Below are positions 1 through 9,058 of a stretch of DNA of 64,000 bases, piece by piece (the stretch's first letter is position 1; each line of letters starts with the position of its first letter). This DNA comes from Nitrospirota bacterium (GTDB lineage Bacteria; Nitrospirota; UBA9217): contig CAVTRN010000002.1 of NCBI GenBank assembly GCA_963737155.1, forward strand, positions 2,272,001 to 2,336,000, read 5' to 3'. Under the pieces are notes generated by a model, which saw only the letters and a list, made by a program, of their open reading frames with translations, was not told the origin of the DNA and did no database searches. Position numbers and translations under genes: made by a program.

Positions 1-2
1 AC

Positions 3-719
3 CACATTTCCTCTTCTCTTAACAAGCTCAAAGTGGCCACCGCTCACATCGCTGAAGGTAATTTCGACTACGACCCCGAAATTAAAACAGATGACGAAAT
101 TGGCAGGCTTTCCGAGGCATTTCTCGCCATGGGAAAACGGTTGAGGAAACTGGAGGAAATGTACCTCGACGCAAGTCCCCTTACCCGACTGCCGGGCGGC
201 ATCGCAATTGAAAACATCCTCAAGAAACGACTGGAATCTAAACAGCCTCTCGCCTTTTGTGTCCTCGACATAGATAATTTCAAAGCATTTAACGACCGTT
301 ACGGTTATGCGAATGGAAGTGAGGTAATTAAAGAGACTGCCAAAATCATAGAAGACATTGTTAAATCAAAAGGCGGAGCGGATGACTTTATCGGCCATGT
401 CGGCGGTGATGATTTCGTTATCGTTACAGAACCGCTCCGCATGCGCGAAATATCCTCCGGAATAACAGCTGCTTTCGATAAGCGGATACCATTGTTTTAT
501 GAACCAGGCGACCGGGAACGGGGCTATATCCAGGGAAAAACAAGACAAGGCATTGAAATGCATTTCCCCATAATGACCATATCCATTGCCATCGTAACGA
601 ACGAACGACTAAAGTTGACGAACGCGCTTGAGGCTTCCGAAATCGCTGCGGAGCTTAAGGATTATGCAAAGACGATCCCCGGCAGCGTCTTTGTTGTGGA
701 CAAGAGGAGGAGTGGGTGA
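3..719 (+). CDS. HAMP + GGDEF-domain diguanylate cyclase (5' end outside window)
   Basis: HAMP motif (DEIGRLSEAF), then LDIDNFKAFNDRYG and HVGGDDF; the frame is open back to the window edge. Confidence 0.9.
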   Translation, partial: HISSSLNKLKVATAHIAEGNFDYDPEIKTDDEIGRLSEAFLAMGKRLRKLEEMYLDASPLTRLPGGIAIENILKKRLESKQPLAFCVLDIDNFKAFNDRYGYANGSEVIKETAKIIEDIVKSKGGADDFIGHVGGDDFVIVTEPLRMREISSGITAAFDKRIPLFYEPGDRERGYIQGKTRQGIEMHFPIMTISIAIVTNERLKLTNALEASEIAAELKDYAKTIPGSVFVVDKRRSG

Positions 720-1171
720 AAAAGGCAATTAGTCTGTGTCTTTTGATTATAATCTTTGGGTGTGTACCTTTTAAACCTACGCCAAAGCCCCGAGTTATTG
801 CCGGTCCCGAGGCCGATATGCGGAGGGCTGTTGCTTTTGAAAAAGAGAAAAGATACCCTGATGCCATTGCGGCGTATCGCAAGATCTTGACCAATTATCC
901 CCAGTCGCCCGTTGCATCTGATGCGCTTTTCGCGATCGCCCACCTGCACGCCTTCTATGATAACCCGCAGAAGGATTATACAAAGGCGCTTGCTGATTTT
1001 GAGAACTTTGAGAAACGGTATCCTAACCATGAAAAAGCTGAGGAGGCTAAAAATTGGCAGGCAGTTCTCAAATTGATCATTGACATGAGAAAGGAAAATA
1101 GCCTTCTGCACATGAGCATTGATCAACTTGAAAAGGAAGATATTCGGCATGAGGAGAAGCGAAAACAGTAG
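716..1171 (+). CDS. TPR lipoprotein (BamD/YfiO-like outer membrane lipoprotein)
   Basis: Lipobox IFGC; TPR helices (AIAAYRKILTNYPQSP, ALADFENFEKRYP); overlaps the upstream stop codon. Confidence 0.75.
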   Translation: MKKAISLCLLIIIFGCVPFKPTPKPRVIAGPEADMRRAVAFEKEKRYPDAIAAYRKILTNYPQSPVASDALFAIAHLHAFYDNPQKDYTKALADFENFEKRYPNHEKAEEAKNWQAVLKLIIDMRKENSLLHMSIDQLEKEDIRHEEKRKQ

Positions 1172-1173
1172 GG

Positions 1174-2055
1174 CTAATGAAGCGATTTTGCCAATGGTGA
1201 AAGGTAAGGCTCCAACTCGGATCGGCTTGAACTTCTTATCTTCCCATCCTTGGTTATATAAAAGCTGCCTCCATAGGGGTCCTGCGGCAATTGACTGAGT
1301 ATTTTCTGTTTCACGAGTTCGTCGACATTCGCTGGCGTTCGCCCTAATTTCTTTTTATATAAATCAATTCCTTTTTCGAGCACAACTATTGATCGCAGGG
1401 CCTTGATGCGAATCTCATACCGTTTTTTAACAGTCATATCTTCCGAATTCTTTGTTAACTCTTCTAAAAAATATAAAGCGTTTTCTGTTCGGTTTTCTTT
1501 GAAGGCAAGTCTTGCTGCTATACTTGCGAAGAGAGGATCACCACCAGGCCTTCGAGATGCTTCCATAAGGTATTCCGACGCTTTGCCGTCATTATGGAGA
1601 AAGAAAAAATTATTGAAACCAATATAAAAAGGCAGCCGCCAATCCCAATTTCGATAACGATTTCCCTTTTCAAGGAGGCGATTTGCCTCCTCCGTTTTAC
1701 CTGCATCCCAAGGCAGAAAAGCATTGGCGTACAGATAGGGATCTAAAAAATAAGGGTCCAAATCAGTGGTGATATCAAGAACTTTAGCAAACCACTCCCA
1801 TTCCCATGCTTTGACCTTTGGACTTTCCTTTCTCTCTGATGCGCCTCCAATAAAACCCATTGATTTCAGAAAGAGCACATCCGATACAACCCCCTGAAAC
1901 TCCAAAGACATTATTTTCAGGACCGGCGAAGGAATGACAAAATCGCTGTCATCGCTCTGAGGGAGTCTCTTTACCGACTCTCCGGCTTTACCCAAAATGA
2001 TGATATGGAGGCAAACCATGAACAAGAGCAGACTGACGAGGAACACCCGTCGCAT
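1174..2055 (-). CDS. Pilin-associated TPR membrane protein (Myxococcus PilG / Geobacter Xap-like)
   Basis: N-terminal TM helix, LDPYF and WRLPFYIGF motifs, C-terminal LPQDPYGG; last gene of the ABC cassette downstream of pilA. Confidence 0.65.
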   Translation of the reverse strand: MRRVFLVSLLLFMVCLHIIILGKAGESVKRLPQSDDSDFVIPSPVLKIMSLEFQGVVSDVLFLKSMGFIGGASERKESPKVKAWEWEWFAKVLDITTDLDPYFLDPYLYANAFLPWDAGKTEEANRLLEKGNRYRNWDWRLPFYIGFNNFFFLHNDGKASEYLMEASRRPGGDPLFASIAARLAFKENRTENALYFLEELTKNSEDMTVKKRYEIRIKALRSIVVLEKGIDLYKKKLGRTPANVDELVKQKILSQLPQDPYGGSFYITKDGKIRSSSRSELEPYLSPLAKSLH

Positions 2056-2871
2056 TTAAGGAAACTCCTTTTTTCTGAAAATCAATGCAGCCAAAGTTAT
2101 GGTCAGTGCAATGTAGACCAAACCATACATTACAGACCATGCGATAAACGATGCGGGTACTGATATGCCGTGTGCTGCCTGAAGTTTGATGTTGAAGAGA
2201 GAAAGATTGGGGAAAATATAATAAGCAACCTGAATCATTTTCGATGTCACGGGAGAAATCGTGAATCCCAGATCCTTAGGCGAGGACTCAATAAGAGCTT
2301 TAACTCCGCTCATGGATGACCCGATGATATAGGTTATAATACTCAAGATCAGAGTAACAAACGACGAAGAGGTAAATGATGAAAAAAGAAAACTTACTGC
2401 GGACAGAAGTATCAACATAATAATTATGAAAAAAATCGCGAGGAAAACGACCGGCCATGAAAAGTGAATGAAATAACTCGTAAAAACTAAATTCAAGACA
2501 AATATAAGAGATAAAGCCATTAAACTTAAAACAGACATTGCTGTACAAATGAGGAGAACCATACCGAAAAACTTGCCGAAGATGTACTGAGATCGTGAAA
2601 TCGGCCGTGACAGGACTGAATAGATAGTACGCCTGTCCAGGTCCTTTGCCATCACATTTATCCCTATAAACAACACTAGAATAAGTCCAGAAAAGGATAC
2701 CGTTGAGAGGGCCAAATCAATGGTAACTTTGCCCACATCCATGGGGATCAAAGTTGCTAATAAGGCAGTGGTCCCGAAGAGCAGTAGCGCAAAGAGGGTA
2801 AGTCCATAAATAGCCTTGTTTCTAATGCCTTCTTTGAAGGTGACCACTGCTATTGGCCAGAGAACGGTCAT
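2056..2871 (-). CDS. ABC transporter permease (PilI-like, ABC-2 type)
   Basis: About 6 TM helices; RRTIYSVLSRPISRSQYIFGKF motif; translationally coupled to the ATPase. Confidence 0.85.
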   Translation of the reverse strand: MTVLWPIAVVTFKEGIRNKAIYGLTLFALLLFGTTALLATLIPMDVGKVTIDLALSTVSFSGLILVLFIGINVMAKDLDRRTIYSVLSRPISRSQYIFGKFFGMVLLICTAMSVLSLMALSLIFVLNLVFTSYFIHFSWPVVFLAIFFIIIMLILLSAVSFLFSSFTSSSFVTLILSIITYIIGSSMSGVKALIESSPKDLGFTISPVTSKMIQVAYYIFPNLSLFNIKLQAAHGISVPASFIAWSVMYGLVYIALTITLAALIFRKKEFP

Positions 2872-3611
2872 GCTGCACTACCTCCTTCCGCTATCGCGAC
2901 CTGTTGCATGAAAACCGATTCAAGGTTTAAATTGCCGGAAAGAAGATTATCGATGGTGTCGACCCGCCTGAGTCGCCCGTTGATAATTATTCCTGCCCGG
3001 TCACTAAAACGTTCTATATCATTCAGAATATGTGAAGAGAAGAAAACCGTTTTTCCCTGGCCTTTTAACTCAATAATCAAATCGCCAACCATTTTTCTGC
3101 CGATAGGGTCAAGACCACTCATCGGCTCGTCCAGAAGGACAACATCAGGATCGTGAATCAGCGCGAATGCCAACCCAGCCCTTTGAATCATCCCTTTTGA
3201 ATACGTCCTGAGTGGCCTCTTTCGGGCATTTTGAAGATTGACCTTGTTGATAAGAAAATCGGAACGTTCATGCACATCTTTAGAATTCATTCCAGCCGAT
3301 TTCCCGCCGAACCAAAGGAGTTCATCCGCTGTAAGATAGTCATAATAATAAGGGTTTTCCGGTAGATATCCCACAAGCCTGCGTGCATCGGGATTATTGG
3401 CATCTTTGCCGGCGATCAAGGCACTGCCTGTATCAGGAAAAATAAAGTTCATGAGGATTTTTATCGTTGTTGATTTCCCCGCTCCGTTAGGGCCAAGAAA
3501 CCCGAACACTTCTCCTTTATGGATTTCCAGATCGAGCTTATTGAGCGCTCTTACTTTCCTCCCTCGAATGCCTTCTTTAAATTCTTTCGATATTTCAATA
3601 AGCTTAATCAT
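2868..3611 (-). CDS. ABC transporter ATP-binding protein (PilH-like)
   Basis: Walker A GPNGAGKST, signature YSKGM, Walker B LLDEP, H-loop SSH. Confidence 0.92.
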   Translation of the reverse strand: MIKLIEISKEFKEGIRGRKVRALNKLDLEIHKGEVFGFLGPNGAGKSTTIKILMNFIFPDTGSALIAGKDANNPDARRLVGYLPENPYYYDYLTADELLWFGGKSAGMNSKDVHERSDFLINKVNLQNARKRPLRTYSKGMIQRAGLAFALIHDPDVVLLDEPMSGLDPIGRKMVGDLIIELKGQGKTVFFSSHILNDIERFSDRAGIIINGRLRRVDTIDNLLSGNLNLESVFMQQVAIAEGGSAA

Positions 3612-3789
3612 TTTAGGAGTCTCTGCTCGTCTCTCAAAGGATATTTTAGTAAAAAAACATGAGACTATAATTTACACCAATGTAGCACAATTTTGAAGAG
3701 GGTTTTACTACGCTATCGTTGGCATCGTAAGCATCTGGCGGGTATCGCAGGCGTATTGGATCTCAGTGTCTTTAGTAGGCTCTACTATC

Positions 3790-3916
3790 ATTGTTGAGTA
3801 TATCATTCTGGTGTTCATTTGTCCGCTCATCAGCGGTACTATCTTATTTGGTTGCTTCGCAACCAGCGCTTTAACCCCACCCTGAAGAAACAGGTGTTTT
3901 CGGCGCAGTAGGATAA
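3790..3916 (-). mobile_element. Degenerate IS200/IS605 left-end remnant
   Basis: Minus strand reads TTAT then cctactgcgccgaaaa, a degenerate cttcagggtgggg hairpin and the GGTTGCGAAGCAACC hairpin; similar to 22620-22700, 5199-5309 and 26849-26960. Confidence 0.55.
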
Positions 3917-3997
3917 CTTTGCACTTCCGCGTTGCCAATCAAGCTCCATGCCTATTTCTGTATATATCAATCATGCTGTCATACACGGCATACATAA

Positions 3998-4032
3998 ATA
4001 TACAGGCCGGGGGAATACCCCGGCCTGTATAT
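3998..4032 (-). terminator. Intrinsic terminator hairpin downstream of pilA copy 1
   Basis: 15-bp inverted repeat ATATACAGGCCGGGG-gaata-CCCCGGCCTGTATAT. Confidence 0.8.
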
Positions 4033-4064
4033 ATTTTATTTTGATACTATTGCTATTAAACTGA

Positions 4065-4640
4065 TTACAATGTTGCCCAGGCAGTCGTGCAAGTTCCGCC
4101 AGGAGCATTAACCAAGTTACTGGTAGTAGCAGTTCCAGATATGTCACCAACCTTTACCTCTGCGCCTAAGGCAGAACCAGTAGCATTTTGGGACCAATAT
4201 AGAGACGTCGTTGTGGAATCCATCCCATAACACCGATTTCCCGAAGTATTATCTGAAACTCCGGTATAAGTAACACCTGAACCATTCGCATTAATTAATA
4301 AAGAATCGTTTTGGGAAAGACCAAAATTTATGAACGTAGCAGAAGATGGAATTGTTGTACCATTAATTGCATTTTGAGCAACCATGGTGCTAACTGTTGC
4401 GTTGGTGATCACAGTTCCAACGGCACCATTACCTGCAGTCGATACATACGCCTGCCAATCAGAGTAGAAAGCTTCTTCCGAGGTGCGGGCATTGCGAAGG
4501 TCAGCCAATGCGGCGGCATTATAACCTTTCATACGATACTGAGAAAACTGAGGAATGGCGATAGCAGCCAAAATGGCAATGATGGCTACCACGATAAGGA
4601 GTTCGATAAGGGTAAAACCTTTGCTGTTTTTAATCTTCAT
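4065..4640 (-). CDS. pilA: Type IVa major pilin, copy 1 (191 aa)
   Basis: MKIKNSKG/FTLIELLIVVAII class III signal with E5; GGAGG RBS before the ATG at 4640; C-terminal Cys pair. Confidence 0.95.
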   Translation of the reverse strand: MKIKNSKGFTLIELLIVVAIIAILAAIAIPQFSQYRMKGYNAAALADLRNARTSEEAFYSDWQAYVSTAGNGAVGTVITNATVSTMVAQNAINGTTIPSSATFINFGLSQNDSLLINANGSGVTYTGVSDNTSGNRCYGMDSTTTSLYWSQNATGSALGAEVKVGDISGTATTSNLVNAPGGTCTTAWATL

Positions 4641-4780
4641 TTGTTTACCTCCCATAAAGTTAGTTGTGATAAAAGAACAAAATTGTTATATTTCATCAAT
4701 ACTCACTACTTCTGTTCAGAGATTTATACGGAATACTTACCCTCCTCTCTTTTGCTTTGCGTTTCTGTTATTTTAAAATA

Positions 4781-4880
4781 TGCACAATATATGCCATGAA
4801 ATAACGTTTGTATTATCAATTACTTATATTTAATATAATCTTAAAATGCCGTTATTTGTCATTACACACTGACAAAATAT
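4781..4880 (-). promoter_or_regulatory. Sigma-54 promoter, IHF site and TGTCA/TGACA upstream activator site of pilA copy 1
   Basis: TGGCATATATTGTGCA (GG-N10-GC) at 4781-4796; TATCAAttacTTA (WATCAAN4TTR) at 4814-4826; TTTGTCA-ttacacac-TGACAAA at ~4855-4876; all conserved in copy 2. Confidence 0.75.
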
Positions 4881-5040
4881 GTCACAAGCAGCAACTCCGG
4901 GACAAAGTTTTCAAACCTTTATGACCCTCTAAAATACCACAGCCGTAAGCTCTCTCTGACCGAAGAGCAAATTTGCATTCACTGTTTTGCTTGACCTTTA
5001 TTGCAAATCTTTTTTAATAAGATATAAAAGAACAGGAGGT

Positions 5041-5197
5041 ATCGCCCATGACACACCTCATATGCGATATATCATCGGGAATAACGTCTGCTTTCGATAA
5101 GCGGATACCGTTGTTTTACGAACCAGGAGACCGGGAACGAAGCTCTATCAAGGGAAAACAAGAAAAGACGTTTAAATTCATTTTCCCATAATGACTC
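5041..5197 (+). pseudogene. Degenerate internal fragment of the upstream GGDEF gene
   Basis: Aligns with ~420-578 (e.g. ctttcgataagcggatacc-ttgtttta-gaaccagg-gaccgggaacg) with substitutions and frameshifts. Confidence 0.85.
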
Positions 5198-5390
5198 TTT
5201 CTGGTGTTCATTTGTCCGCTCATCAGCGGTACTATCTTATTTGGTTGCTTCGCAACCAGCGCTTTAACCCCACCCTGAAGAAACAGGTGTTTTCGGCGCA
5301 GTAGGATAACTTTGCACTTCCGCGTTGCCAATCAAGCTCCATGCCTATTTCTGTATATATCAGTCATACTGTCTATACACAGCATATATA

Positions 5391-5431
5391 AATATATACA
5401 GGCCGGGGGGATACCCCGGCCTGTATATATT
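5391..5431 (-). terminator. Intrinsic terminator hairpin downstream of pilA copy 2
   Basis: AATATATACAGGCCGGGG-ggata-CCCCGGCCTGTATATATT. Confidence 0.8.
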
Positions 5432-5460
5432 TTATTTTGATACTATTGCTATTAAACTGA

Positions 5461-6036
5461 TTACAATGTTGCCCAGGCAGTCGTGCACGTTCCGGCAGGA
5501 GCATTAACCAAGTTACTGGTAGTAGCAGTTCCAGATATGTCACCAACCATTACCACTGCGCCTAAGGCAGCGCCGGTAGCATTTTGGGACCAATATAGAG
5601 ACGTCGTTGTGGAATCCATCCCATAACACCGATTTCCCGAAGTATTATCTGAAACTCCGGTATAAGTAACACCTGAACCATTCGCATTAATTAATAAAGA
5701 ATCGTTTTGGGAAAGACCAAAATTTATGAACGTAGCAGAAGATGGAATTGTTGTACCATTAATTGCATTTTGAGCAACCATGGTGCTAACTGTTGCGTTG
5801 GTGATCACAGTTCCAACGGCACCATTACCTGCAGTCGATACATACGCCTGCCAATCAGAGTAGAAAGCTTCTTCCGAGGTGCGGGCATTGCGAAGGTCAG
5901 CCAATGCGGCAGCATTATAACCTTTCATACGATACTGAGAAAACTGAGGAATGGCGATAGCAGCCAAAATGGCAATGATGGCTACCACGATAAGGAGTTC
6001 GATAAGGGTAAAACCTTTGCTGTTTTTAATCTTCAT
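5461..6036 (-). CDS. pilA: Type IVa major pilin, copy 2 (191 aa)
   Basis: Same as copy 1 except 4 C-terminal amino-acid substitutions. Confidence 0.95.
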   Translation of the reverse strand: MKIKNSKGFTLIELLIVVAIIAILAAIAIPQFSQYRMKGYNAAALADLRNARTSEEAFYSDWQAYVSTAGNGAVGTVITNATVSTMVAQNAINGTTIPSSATFINFGLSQNDSLLINANGSGVTYTGVSDNTSGNRCYGMDSTTTSLYWSQNATGAALGAVVMVGDISGTATTSNLVNAPAGTCTTAWATL

Positions 6037-6163
6037 TTGTTTACCTCCCATAAAGTTAGTTGTGATAAAAGAACAAAATTGTTATATTTCATCAATACTG
6101 ACTACTTGTTTAGAGATTTATACGGAATACTTACCTCCTCTCTTTTGCTTTGCGTTTATGTTA

Positions 6164-6262
6164 TGCACAATATATGCCATTATGTAGCGTTAGCATTATC
6201 AATTATTTACATTTAATATTACAATATTAAGATGCCGGAATTTGTCATTACACATTGACAAA
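6164..6262 (-). promoter_or_regulatory. Sigma-54 promoter, IHF site and upstream activator site of pilA copy 2
   Basis: TGGCATATATTGTGCA at 6164-6179; TATCAAttatTTA at 6197-6209; TTTGTCA-ttacacat-TGACAAA at 6241-6262. Confidence 0.75.
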
Positions 6263-6325
6263 AAATGTAACAAGGTGTTTTCTTGACAAGATGTTTGTCG
6301 GATGTTAGCATCAATCTGACCCTCT

Positions 6326-7570
6326 ATGATAATAACATCTTCATTATTAATCACTTGTAATTCCCACGCTACGGCAATTGCCGATGGGGCCATATTTATA
6401 GACAAAGGAATTATTCGTGCTATTGGCCCACTGTGTAACATTACGCAACAATTTCCTTATGCGAAGGTCATTCAGCTGCAAAATGCCCTGTTAATGCCTG
6501 GACTAATCAACACACATACCCATCTCGAACTTCCCGAGCTTCTCAACACGATACGGAGTAAGAATTTTACGGACTGGATTTTAAATCTTATTGCTGCTAA
6601 AAAAAAATTGGTCAATAAAGACTACACAATAGCGATGCACAACAATATCAGCACGCTCGTCCAAACAGGCACCACTATGGTTGGAGAAATATCCACCCAC
6701 GGCATAAGTTATGACCTGTTAAAAAGGAGCGGCCTCAGGGCAATAGTGTATCACGAAAACATAAACATGGCGTCAGATAGAAATGGTCATGGACCGAAAA
6801 ATAGCTTGTTTACAAGAGGAGACTCAGTGCTCGTTCAATCCGGTCTTTCTCCTCATTCGCCCTATACTGTTTCACAAGCAGTTTTACTCAATATCCGGAA
6901 AGCAGCACACACGAAGAATTTCAGGCTGACCATGCATATCGCAGAATCAAAAGAAGAGAACCGGTTGCTGCAACGAAAATCGAGCGGGCTTGAAAAGCTC
7001 TACCAATTCGCTGGCTGGAACCTTGACTGGGCCCCGATGGGTTCTTCGCCCTTCGAATATCTGCACAGAATCGGATTCCTATCCTCTAACCTTCTCGCCG
7101 TGCATGCGGTTCAGGTTATGGACAAGGACATCAGCCTCATAAAAAACAAAAATGTTTCGGTTGCACACTGCCCGAGGAGCAATAAAGAAACTGGTGTGGG
7201 CAGAATGCCGCTGAAACAGTTCTTGGATGCGGGGATCAGCGTAGGTCTCGGCACTGACAGCCTTGCCAGTTCCCCAACTCTTAATATGTGGGACGAGATG
7301 CGCTATGCTTACAGAATTCACCGTCATGACGGGCTCACTCCGAAGGACATCATTTTTCTCGCCACTTCCGGAGGCGCCCGTGCCATGGGAATGGACAAAC
7401 AAATCGGGGTACTTGAGCGAGGAATGAAAGCAGATGTTATTGCGGTTGCCTTACCGACAAAAAATACCGGTGATATCTATTCAGACTTGCTTAGAGAAAC
7501 AAAATCCTGTATTATAAACGTCGTTAATGGAAAGATTCTCTACCAAAAAGATGTTTTTAAACCTGTTTAA
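6326..7570 (+). CDS. Metal-dependent amidohydrolase, probable aminodeoxyfutalosine deaminase (MtaD-like family)
   Basis: PGLINTHTHLE, PHSPY, MHIAES, HCPRSN, LGTDS motifs; lies just upstream of mqnE/mqnC. Confidence 0.8.
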   Translation: MIITSSLLITCNSHATAIADGAIFIDKGIIRAIGPLCNITQQFPYAKVIQLQNALLMPGLINTHTHLELPELLNTIRSKNFTDWILNLIAAKKKLVNKDYTIAMHNNISTLVQTGTTMVGEISTHGISYDLLKRSGLRAIVYHENINMASDRNGHGPKNSLFTRGDSVLVQSGLSPHSPYTVSQAVLLNIRKAAHTKNFRLTMHIAESKEENRLLQRKSSGLEKLYQFAGWNLDWAPMGSSPFEYLHRIGFLSSNLLAVHAVQVMDKDISLIKNKNVSVAHCPRSNKETGVGRMPLKQFLDAGISVGLGTDSLASSPTLNMWDEMRYAYRIHRHDGLTPKDIIFLATSGGARAMGMDKQIGVLERGMKADVIAVALPTKNTGDIYSDLLRETKSCIINVVNGKILYQKDVFKPV

Positions 7571-7952
7571 TCCTTGGTATCTTCGGTTTCGGTCCTTGCC
7601 ATTCTTAAGAGACAACATATGAAGTTGTTTCAGCCAACTCTTGTCTTTTTCTGGGCCCATTGTTTCTGGTTGTTTCTGGTAATGAGACCTCCGTACAGCA
7701 ATATGGCACCACGATGATGCAGGCGTTACAAGAGTGCCCAATACCTTGATGTTAACGTAATCATTCAGCAGGTTCAGAAATCAATCCGGGAATTATATGC
7801 GCGTACGTTAGGTATCCTGCTGACCTTAACAAGCTATCAACATCAAGCGACCTTAACTTGCAGAACGACAATTATGTTTATAACCCCGAGAATGGAGCTC
7901 TGACAGAAAAGAAATAATTTTTTTCCCGGTGAGACGCAAAACCTTCTTAAAA

Positions 7953-9029
7953 ATGAAATCAATCGAGCAAATTAAAGACAAAGTTTTCTCCGGCAGACGG
8001 CTGACCCGCAAAGACGGAATCGATCTTTTCAAATCAAACAATCTTCTCGCACTTGGTCGCATGGCCACTCATATTGCGCGGCAAAAAAACGGGAACCGAG
8101 TCTTCTTTGTCCAGAATATGCACATCAACCCCACGAATATTTGCGTGAACCGCTGCAAGTTCTGCGCGTTCAGCCGAAGCAAGGGCGAGCCTGGCGCCTA
8201 CGAAATGAGCATTGACGATATTTTGAACAAAGCCAGAAGCGCCGGGAAAAATGTTCGCGAATTTCATATCGTTTCCGGTCTTCACCCCCACCTGCCCTTT
8301 TCCTGGTACATGGACATGCTGAGGGCGCTCAAGGAACAGTTTCCAGAAATCCATCTCAAGGCCTTTACCGCCGTGGAGATCGACTATCTTGCAAAGCTGT
8401 CCGGCCTGAGTCTGACTGACACACTCCTGAAACTCAAAGAGGCCGGGCTGGGTTCTCTTCCTGGTGGGGGCGCTGAAATATTCAATTCCTCTGTCCGCAA
8501 TACATTGTGCGCCGAGAAGATCAGCGGAGACCGCTGGCTTGAGGTGATTGAAGCTGCGCATAAAGTTGGACTTAAAACAAACGCAACCATGCTCTATGGC
8601 CATATCGAAACCGCCGAGCACCGAATCGACCATCTCATCCGTCTCCGCGAACTCCAGGACCATACTGGCGGCTTCCAGGCTTTTATTCCCCTGAGTTTCC
8701 ATTCACAGAATACGGAAATAAGAAAATCGGCTTATACTACGGGATTCGATGACCTCAAAACTCTGGCCATATCCCGGTTGATGCTTGACAATTTTGACCA
8801 CATTAAAGCCTATTGGGTTATGCTCGGCGAAAAAGTTGCCCAGGTCGCGCTCAGCTTCGGCGTCGACGACCTTGACGGCACCGTTATCGAAGAACGTATT
8901 ACGAAAGCGGCTGGCGGAGTTACCGACGGAATTATGACGAAAGACGATATTTTACACCTTATCAAGCAGGCAGGACGCACACCGGTAGAGCGCGACACAG
9001 TCTATCATTTCATCAAAACGTGGAAGTAA
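7953..9029 (+). CDS. mqnE: Aminofutalosine synthase (radical SAM)
   Basis: NPTNICVNRCKFCAF, HLKAFTAVEI, PGGGAEIF, HIKAYWVM, DDLDGT. Confidence 0.92.
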   Translation: MKSIEQIKDKVFSGRRLTRKDGIDLFKSNNLLALGRMATHIARQKNGNRVFFVQNMHINPTNICVNRCKFCAFSRSKGEPGAYEMSIDDILNKARSAGKNVREFHIVSGLHPHLPFSWYMDMLRALKEQFPEIHLKAFTAVEIDYLAKLSGLSLTDTLLKLKEAGLGSLPGGGAEIFNSSVRNTLCAEKISGDRWLEVIEAAHKVGLKTNATMLYGHIETAEHRIDHLIRLRELQDHTGGFQAFIPLSFHSQNTEIRKSAYTTGFDDLKTLAISRLMLDNFDHIKAYWVMLGEKVAQVALSFGVDDLDGTVIEERITKAAGGVTDGIMTKDDILHLIKQAGRTPVERDTVYHFIKTWK

Positions 9030-9058
9030 ATCCTCGCAAAAACCACCGATAAACAAAT

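Larger units (their letters stand above)
3806..4900. repeat. Copy 1 of a ~1.1-kb tandem duplication carrying pilA with its promoter and terminator
   Basis: Near-identical to 5199-~6275 (offset ~1393-1396 bp); more diverged in the promoter region. Confidence 0.95.
5199..6275. repeat. Copy 2 of the pilA tandem duplication
   Basis: Direct repeat of 3806-~4900. Confidence 0.95.

Noticed and set aside
3708-3938. 76-aa ORF and its twin at 5116-5331
   Set aside because: They overlap an IS-end remnant, have no RBS and show no recognisable protein features
4065-5600. Diversity-generating retroelement (TR/VR pair) acting on pilA
   Set aside because: Differences are not adenine-specific, the whole gene with its promoter is duplicated, and no DGR reverse transcriptase is present
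4065-6036. Electrically conductive e-pilin
   Set aside because: Aromatic residues occupy the Geobacter positions 1, 24, 27, 32, 50, 51 and 57, but my count is 15 of 183 (~8%) with aromatic-free gaps of 37-38 residues, which fails the usual heuristic (at least 9%, no gap over 35); the heuristic itself is disputed
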